From assembly GCF_009914755.1 (NCBI RefSeq), contig NC_060930.1: a stretch of 64,000 nt of DNA, one strand, 5' to 3'. The position numbers were made by a program, and so were the translations under genes. Under the pieces are notes generated by a model. The model was not told where the DNA came from and did no database searches. It saw only the letters and a list, made by a program, of their open reading frames with translations. The first letter of the stretch is position 1. Every line of letters begins with the position of its first letter. Source of the DNA: the human T2T-CHM13v2.0 reference genome, Homo sapiens. Positions 56,206 to 64,000 of the stretch are shown piece by piece.

Positions 56206-57917
56206 CTATGTAAGGGTTTAAATATAAACCCATGATCAATAAAGTTAGACTTCAAAAAACAAAATAAAAGAAAAACACTTCAACTGCTATTCATTATTTG
56301 TAAGTTTTTTATGGGGGAGGAGTGGCTATAATGCAAACTTTCTTTGGTCTCTAGTTGCTAATGAGTGTGTCATTTTTATGAACATATGAATACACTTAAG
56401 CCTACAAAGACTCTTGCTTTGGCAAGCTGTTGAACACTAAACTAAATGGATGTGACTAGCTACAGGGACATACTCTTTGAATGAAAGGAGTGACTTCTCT
56501 ATTAAAGAAAACATGTGTGACTTTGGGTAGGATGTGACACTTTTACCATATGATTTACAACATATCTATACTTTTAACTCCTCCCTGCAATTTCAAGCCA
56601 ACTTACACATTTTTTTTAACCTAAGTTGCCCTTGCCTTTCAGTGGCTATTTTACATTTGAAAATATAAAATAACAAGTGTTATTTTCATCTAATTTCTAA
56701 AAATTTGGCTTTCTTCTAGACAGGCACCTGATTTGGAAAAAAGCAGAGGTTCCATCCAGCTGGAAAGAAAAAGAAAGTAAAAAAATAGTCAAGGTTTCCA
56801 AGAATATAGGTCTCTCTCTGTTTAAACTGTTCCAAACCACACTTGCTTAGAAACACAGACCAAAAAAGTCTTGACTCTTTCTATATAGAACCTTTTTAAT
56901 CATCTATGGCAGGCCAAGGGCTACAGCTTTAGGCAGTCACATGGCCAGAATTTCTGTTCTCATGTCTTTGGCTACAAGAAAAGTCTGTAAACCAATTTCC
57001 AGACTGTGTTAAAAGTAGTTTTACTGTGAGAAGGAGGGAAAAAAGTACCTTTGATGTTCAGTATGTGAAATTAAACATTTGGTTTACGTACGTGTCCTTT
57101 TTAGGATTATTAAACCATAACCAGTCACCTGTATTGGAGTCCCACATTGCTATAGCTAACTAACACTTATATCACTTTTCAGCTGCCTCCAGTATTAAGC
57201 TCACAAGTGCCAGTTACAATTAAAGGGAATATTTTTTAAAAAATCACTTCACAGTTTATTCACAATGCTGAATGCGTTTATTTTGTGGAATTACCTACAG
57301 CTAAGCTACGGTAAACAGGTGCAGCTTTTCTAAGACTATTTTCCTTCCATTTTTTTTCTCTCCAAAATTACTTACTTGTTTCCCACTTTGGAGAAGTGCA
57401 GTGACTGACTTTTAGCTGCTATAACATATTACAAGGAAGAATACCAGTTCGAGTGGCTCTGTTCTAGGACAGTGCATTTCTTATTTTCTATAACATAGGA
57501 ATATTTTTACAGGAATGATTCCTGCCTCCATTAATACTGGAGAGCTCAGAGCACAAATCCCAACACATAGAAATGCAATTTTCAGTATCTGAATAAAACT
57601 GTATCTACTTAGCTTAGTGTATCCCAGCACCATAGATGAGTTCATAAAAACAGTTCTCTGCATTGCAAATCAACTTCCAAAAAGCATCCATAAGTCTAAA
57701 AAGATCAATTCTGTTTCCACAAGACTATTTCTACAGAGTACTATTAAGTGATAGATATAAGGATGTTTGAGGGTTCTTTATTTTCCATCTCTATCTGCCC
57801 CACTAGGCCATTCCATGTAAATAACAACTAGAAAGACAAACAGCATGTTTGCTATATAAACATATCTTTAAAAACATCCTTCCAATTAGACTGGGTCTCC
57901 TAATTGCCTCCTTTTCC

Positions 57918-58235
57918 CCCCAGCTTTCCTGAGGTATAATTGTCAAATAAAAATTGTATATATTTAAGATTTAAAACATGAGGTTTTGATATACATATTA
58001 TTATTAAATGATTACACAATCAAGTTAATTAATATATTTGTCACTTTACAGTTACTTTTCTACAGCGAAAACACAAGCTTTACTCTCTTAGCAAATTTCG
58101 AGTTTACAATACTTTTACTTATTATTAACTATAGTTATCATACTGTGCATTAGGTTTCTGGAATTTATTCATCTTATAACTGAAGTTTGTACTCTACAAC
58201 TAACATCTTTTCATTTTACCCTATCACCAACTCCC
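57918..58235 (-). mobile_element. L1MA 3'UTR fragment
   Basis: cagctttcctgaggtataattgtcaaataaaaattgtata...ctctcttagcaaatttcgag...ttaactatagttatcatactgtgcattagg. Confidence 0.85.
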
Positions 58236-58774
58236 TCTAAAATAGAAATTTTGAAACTACTACTCGTGGTATTTCTTGTACTTTGAAACAACTTAGTCAA
58301 AATAAATTTTTAATAAAGTTGGAGGTGTCCTCTTCCTATGCTGTAAAAGTCTGCCAACTTCAAATCATTGTATTTGTGCTGTCTAAATAAGAACAATTAC
58401 ATGTTTTCATTTATTTCCATGCCATAAGTATAAATGGATCTAATTTTCCGTAGCAGTGAAAAATTTTGAATACAACATTAAAAACTTGCTTCGAATATTG
58501 ATATTGACAGCATTATTTCTAGGTTGATCAAATATTCAATAAGGATATATAGATTTTAATAAGTAGTCAAATTTCCTAGCAAAGTCCACATTAATTAATT
58601 GATTATATTTAAAATAATTCTATCAAAGTATTTAAGGTAACCACTGATGATTTTAGCATATTTACTGCATTTTGTACATCGATGAATCTAAAAGAAAACA
58701 ATGAAAAAGAATAATATTCAGTTATTTGGCAGGTATAAGTTTGTTACATAAATCATCCAGAGAATGACTCACTA

Positions 58775-60430
58775 CATAATGGTGTGTTTTTAAATTTTTG
58801 TGTGTCTGTGAAATTCTCAAATTTCCTTCTGTTATTGATGTCTAACTTCCTTCCATTGTGGCTGGAGAACAAACTTTCTTAAACCATTATGATAATGATG
58901 AAAAGGGTGATGAGCCTTTTTAAATTTTTGGAGCCTTGTTTTAATGGCCTGATATATGGTTTATCCTGACGACATGCTCCTTCTCTTTTGTTCATTTTCC
59001 TGTTTGTTCCTTAGAGTAGATAATTTCTATAGTCCTATAGTCAAGTTTGCTGACTCTCTTTCTGCTTAGTTCTGCTCTTTAGCCCCTCTAGTTAGTTTTT
59101 ATTTCAGTTATTGTAATATTTAACCCCAGACATTCTATTTACGTCTTTTTAAAAACGACTTCTGATTCTTTATAGATATTCACTATTTTGTGAGACATTG
59201 TTTTCACTCTTTCCTGCATAGTTTAGTTTTTCGAATACATTTAAAATAGCTGATATAAAGTCTTTGTCTCTTAAGTCCAGTGTCACCTTCCTCATTAATT
59301 GTTTATATTGACTACTCTTGTTCTCATGTATTGGTCATACTATTTGTATACCTCCTAATATTATTTTGTTGTTGAAAACTGGATGTTTTAAATTATGTAA
59401 CTTGACAGCTGTGGAAATCAGCTTCTACTCTCTCCCCAGCGTTTGTAGTGGTTACTGTTTATTGTACTAGCAGTTGTTTGTTTGCTGAGTCACTTTTCTA
59501 AACTAATTTTGTAAAGTCTCTTTCCCTTGCCATGTGTGTCCATTGAAGTCTCTGCTTGGTGGGTTCAGTGACCAGCTAATGATTATACAGAGATTTCCTT
59601 AAATGCTTCTAACAAGATATCTTCTGATTTTTGCTGAGATGACTTGAATATGTTCTGAGGTATGCCCTCACTGTACAAGCAAGCAGTTTACAACTCTGTA
59701 TCATCCTTCACTTTTTGCTTGTGCGGCATATTAAGCTAAGCCACAGGTACACGCTTTGGACATTATAAGGTCTTTCCAGGATGTGCGCAAACCCTGGGCA
59801 TGCACAATGTCGTACAGGGTTCTAGATTCACAGGAACATACAGAGCTTTTCAAAGCTCTCTGTGGATATCTCATTCACTAGCTCTTTCTTGCAGGTTTTC
59901 AACATTTGTTTTCCACAAAGGTAATCAGAATCCTAAGCAGCTACCGTGTTAAACATTTGCTGCTGATAATTTTCACAAACACTCTGAGAAAAGGCTGTTT
60001 GTCCTGAGTGAGCTCCGAGGCAGGTCAGATAAATGCACTCTCTGCAAGTGAGGGTCTTCTATGAAACCACAAGACAGGTAAGCAGTGAGAATTCTTTGGA
60101 AATGAGACTTTCAAGGAGATTTAAATGGTACTCATTTCTGTAGTGGCTGCCAGGCTGCTAGTTTTTACCATGAGTGTGGACTGTTTGATTTCAGGAAACA
60201 TGTAGCGGCAGTTTAAACCCCCCTAAAACTGTTCACTGTTCTTACTTAAATCGTTGTTGTCACTGTTCTGAATAAGTATTCCGAGTTGTTCCAAGCTTTT
60301 GCTTTATATCCAGATTTTTGAAAAAAATAGAATTGATCTTTTTTTTTTTTTTTTTGCCAGTTCACTGACATTTTTATGGTGGAAACAAATTCCAGCAATC
60401 TCTTCCATGCTCGGTTTGCTGATGTCACCC
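58775..60430 (-). mobile_element. Old L1M pieces: short ORF2 fragment (about 58775-58975) and L1MC/MD-type 5' end/ORF1 (about 58980-60430)
   Basis: tttccttctgttattgatgtctaac; gcccctctagttagtttttatttcagttattg; terminal tttgctgatgtcacc. Confidence 0.7.
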
Positions 60431-60439
60431 TTTATCATT

Positions 60440-60930
60440 TTTTTAAATACTAGTTTACCTGGTTATAGAATTACATACTGAAGATTTCTTTCCCTTAACA
60501 GCGCTTTATGATGTAATTGTATTGTCTTCTCACCTAAATGATTTCTGAAAAAGATCTTTAATGATTTTTGTTGTTTCTGTGCAGGTACTCTAGCTGTGTC
60601 TAATTTTTCTATTTGTGTCTAGTTTTTAGCAGTTCAAAAATGAATTTCTAGATATTTTTCTTGCTGTTTATTTTCTTATTTTTCTTGCTTTCTTCCATGA
60701 GATTCTTGTTTCTGTGGTTGATGCCAGTCATTAAATCTGCAAATGTGTTGGCTATTATTTCTTCAGTGTTTATTGTATCCTTTCTCTTTTCTCTTTCTGA
60801 AATACCAATCATGCATATGTTACTAGTGTGTTATTTTCTTAAAACTCTGAGATGCTATGTTATATAATTTTTTTCTCGTTCAATTTCAGTTCAAATAATT
60901 TCAATTATTTTCAAAATCTCCTGATCGTTC
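60440..60930 (-). mobile_element. Degraded L1M/HAL1 ORF1-like fragment
   Basis: gttggctattatttcttcag...tctctttctgaaataccaatcatgcatatgtta. Confidence 0.5.
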
Positions 60931-62350
60931 TGGAGAAAGTTCTGCTTGCTCATAAGGTATGATTGGAAAACAGGGGAAGTTGTAACTACTACAAAGGGAC
61001 ATACTTGTTTTGCGATAGGAGAGAAGAAAGAACCCTCTCATCGCTTGGGAAGGCAATAATGTAAACACTAAGAGTAAAGGTGAGGGAGAAATGCTAAGTA
61101 CACTTATCTTTCATAATCACCTTCATCCTCATAAATGAACCCCCTCTTAATATCGCTTTCCCAAACAATTGCAAGCAGTTTTAATTTATCTGGCTGTCAG
61201 ATCTACCAGATTTTGACAGATGGCTCCAATCAAAATATTATTACAATTATCTTTCCTTTACTGGTGAACTATTAAAACAGGAGATGACCCTAGCTCCTTC
61301 ACCTGCAACCCTAAACAACTGTCAATATCTTTGGACACCTTTTCCACCCACCTCCGTATAGTCAGTCATTCTTTGAGACAGACAGACGCCATCCTGCTGG
61401 TGACTTGAACATGTCCTTCGAAAGTGAATTTGATCAATTATTAAAATCAAACCTGGAAAGCATATGAGTTATCTTGGAGACTACGTTGGAAGCACTGTCA
61501 ATCTCTGCCCCCTCCTAATGAATACTATTTGCATTTTTGAGACCCCAAGAATTCCTATCCTGGGAAATCATACATGTCTCTGGAATTGTGCTTTTTGTCT
61601 GGTAAAAATGAATCAATTTGTCCCTTCCCAAAAATATAGTCATTTACATCTTAGGGGTAGATGTTAGATACTTTGTAATGTTTTATAAAACACTAAACTG
61701 GATGACTGTGACTATCTTTTTTCAAAATGAGACTCCCTAGATTACTCAGAGATACTTCCTAAAAGGAAAATATGTTCATTATTTATGTATTCCTTGAAGA
61801 CTGTTATCTCTACAACATGAGTCAATAGATTAGAAACCATAGTACAAAATTTATCACTGACTTTAACCAAAGTCATCAATTATACTGAATTGGTCCTGGA
61901 AGGCATTCAGTTCTGCCTGAACTCACTGGTCATGGTTGTTATGAATGATTGCCTGAGACTTGTTTCTCATAGTCCAAGGAAGAGTCAGTGCAATCACTAA
62001 ATCATCTTGCTGTGCTTGGATTAATGTCTCCAGCAAAGTGGAAATGTCAATACTAAAACTTATAGAGAATGACACCAGGCTTTCTAAGTTAAAACGCATT
62101 TTCTGTTGTTGTTGTTGTTGTTTAGCTGTGTCTGGTACCTTAGATGACATATTTGTGGTCAATACTTAAGGTTGTACTCTTTAGGCTGCTTGGAATCTTA
62201 TTTAGAATGGCCTTAATTAAATGTTGTATGAGATAATTGTATAGATTTAGCCTAGTTTCTGTAGGTCAGATTAATCGGAGTTGCTGATGAAGTGGCACTG
62301 TGGCAAAATTCACCAGAATTCAAGACATTGCAAAAATGAAGGGTGGATAT

Positions 62351-62636
62351 TGTGAAGAGACAATTCTGCACAGGTCTTTCATTTTTCTGCATGTATTTTG
62401 AATAAGACAGTGATGGTTCTTTTGTTCCAGGCTATGTTTTCAATGATATTTATATAAAAGACAACCTTGAAAGATAGAGTATCTCCCTCAAGAGTAGAGA
62501 AACACTTTGTGTCTCTTATAGTGAAAATAATGTCTTCCTCCAAAGCAATAGGTTATTGTCATTACTGTCCATTATGAGCAGCTAGGGTTTCCTAAACTTA
62601 ATGTTAATATCCTGTAACACAACTCACTGTATTTGG
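62351..62636 (+). mobile_element. LTR40-like ERVL LTR fragment
   Basis: gagacaattctgcacaggtctttcatttttctgca...ttttgttccaggctatgttttcaa...ccttgaaagatagag. Confidence 0.7.
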
Positions 62637-62639
62637 CAG

Positions 62640-63155
62640 AACTTATCAAATGTGAGGTTGGGACATTCTACAGGACAAGTTAGCCCATGTATTCAATAAA
62701 TAAGTCACCTGAAAAAACAAAGAAGAAAATTGGATGCCCTACGAAAAAAATATAGACATATCAACCAAATGCAATGTATGAATTTTGACTGATCTTAATT
62801 AACGCAAACCAACAATTAAAATATATATTTGAAACAGTGACATTAGAATATCAAATATGTATTATTAGATAATATTAAGAAATTATTATTGTGTTGATTG
62901 GGGTTACTAAATTAAGGTTGTGTATATAAAGAAAGTTTATCTGTTAGAAATAATAGTAGTGTTAATACTGAAAGGATATTTCTGAGATTTGCTTTAATCT
63001 ACTACTACTACTGCGCACGCACACACACACATACACACACTCAGACACACACAAAGATACGAAGCAAGCATATGGTGGGGGATATAGTTGGAAAAAATCA
63101 GATAAATATTTCTAGTTGTTGAAACTGGGTGAAAGATGCATGGGAATGCACTATA
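62640..63155 (+). mobile_element. L1MC/ME 3' end fragment containing a (CA)n microsatellite (about 63013-63052)
   Basis: gggacattctacaggacaa...gacatatcaaccaaatgcaatgtatgaa...ttgttgaaactgggtga. Confidence 0.7.
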
Positions 63156-63169
63156 CCAAACCAAACAAC

Positions 63170-63385
63170 AGAAAACGGACTCAAATATAGCTTCTTAAAT
63201 TCAAATTCCAAGTACACTTCTTCCTAGTTGTAAGACCTTTGGAAAGTTCCTTACCAGAGTTTCCTAAATTTCTCAATTGAAAGTAGTGGTAATAGTAATA
63301 TCTCTCTCAGAGCTGTTATGAATTTTAAATGTGTTAATATTTTCAGTCACTCAGGAAAATGCCTCCCTAAATGTGTTACTTAGAT
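63170..63385 (+). mobile_element. MIR
   Basis: ttcaaattccaag...ctagttgtaagacctttggaaagtt...taatagtaatatctctctcagagctgttatgaattttaaatg. Confidence 0.65.
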
Positions 63386-64000
63386 ACTAAAATGTAAATA
63401 TTGCTGAATAACAAAATTAAGACAAGAACTTTTTCTTCAAAATTATATTTTAAATTATGAATTAATAATGTATAATATATAAAAATAATCTTATATTAAG
63501 CACATAAATGTTATATCTCTATAAAGTACCAATTACTTTATACTCATTGGTGTCTTCTTGCTTTTTTTTAACCCGTGAATGAGAATGGGGGCCTTTTAGA
63601 GAATATCATTCTAATTCAAGATCTCCCTGTATTTTCATGACTTCCATTGCATGCACTAAATCTAGGAACTAGTTTAAAAATTCTCTTTTACTTACATCTA
63701 CCCTGAAAAATTGTTTCACTTCTTCTCCAGGTCTGAACAAATATAGATCATTCTTTCCACTTACAAGAAAAGAATCTCCAGAAATAAAAAGAAAAGATAT
63801 TTTCTTCACTTAAATATACATTCAGAATTGTAGACCTCAGGCGTAGCACATAGACCATATTTCATTAATCAACCATCTATAAACCAATCAATCCATATTT
63901 TTAAACAAATTACTTAACAGAATTCAAATGTTTCCTGAATGTAGATAGGCACTGGTAAAGTTGTCTATTTCATGAAATTCCTCTGTGAATTTATAGTGGA

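Overview
AT-rich, CpG-poor, repeat-dense mammalian non-coding DNA (intergenic or deep intronic). It is almost certainly human, because it carries an AluYb8/Yb9-lineage element with the diagnostic 7-bp duplication (21235-21554). I find no supportable protein-coding gene, tRNA/rRNA gene, CpG island or CRISPR array. Most ORFs in the track are Alu, LTR, L1 or low-complexity artefacts; the only protein-like one (37144-38055) is a decayed L1 ORF2 endonuclease. The window holds about 13 Alu copies or fragments, two large THE1 (MaLR) insertions with 5-bp TSDs, several solo LTRs, old and primate L1 pieces, L2/MIR remnants and DNA-transposon MITEs (MER2, MER58, MER5). I did not find a new biological system. 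The notable features are rearrangement scars and likely polymorphisms: a very young AluYb9 with a short AluS-like patch beside an 85-bp tandem duplication; a THE1 with three LTRs inside one TSD pair; a templated inverted insertion inside that THE1; a 58-bp inverted repeat enclosing a (TA)n/27-bp minisatellite; and a chimeric L1 stack. Subfamily names are recalled from consensus sequences and need RepeatMasker/Dfam confirmation.
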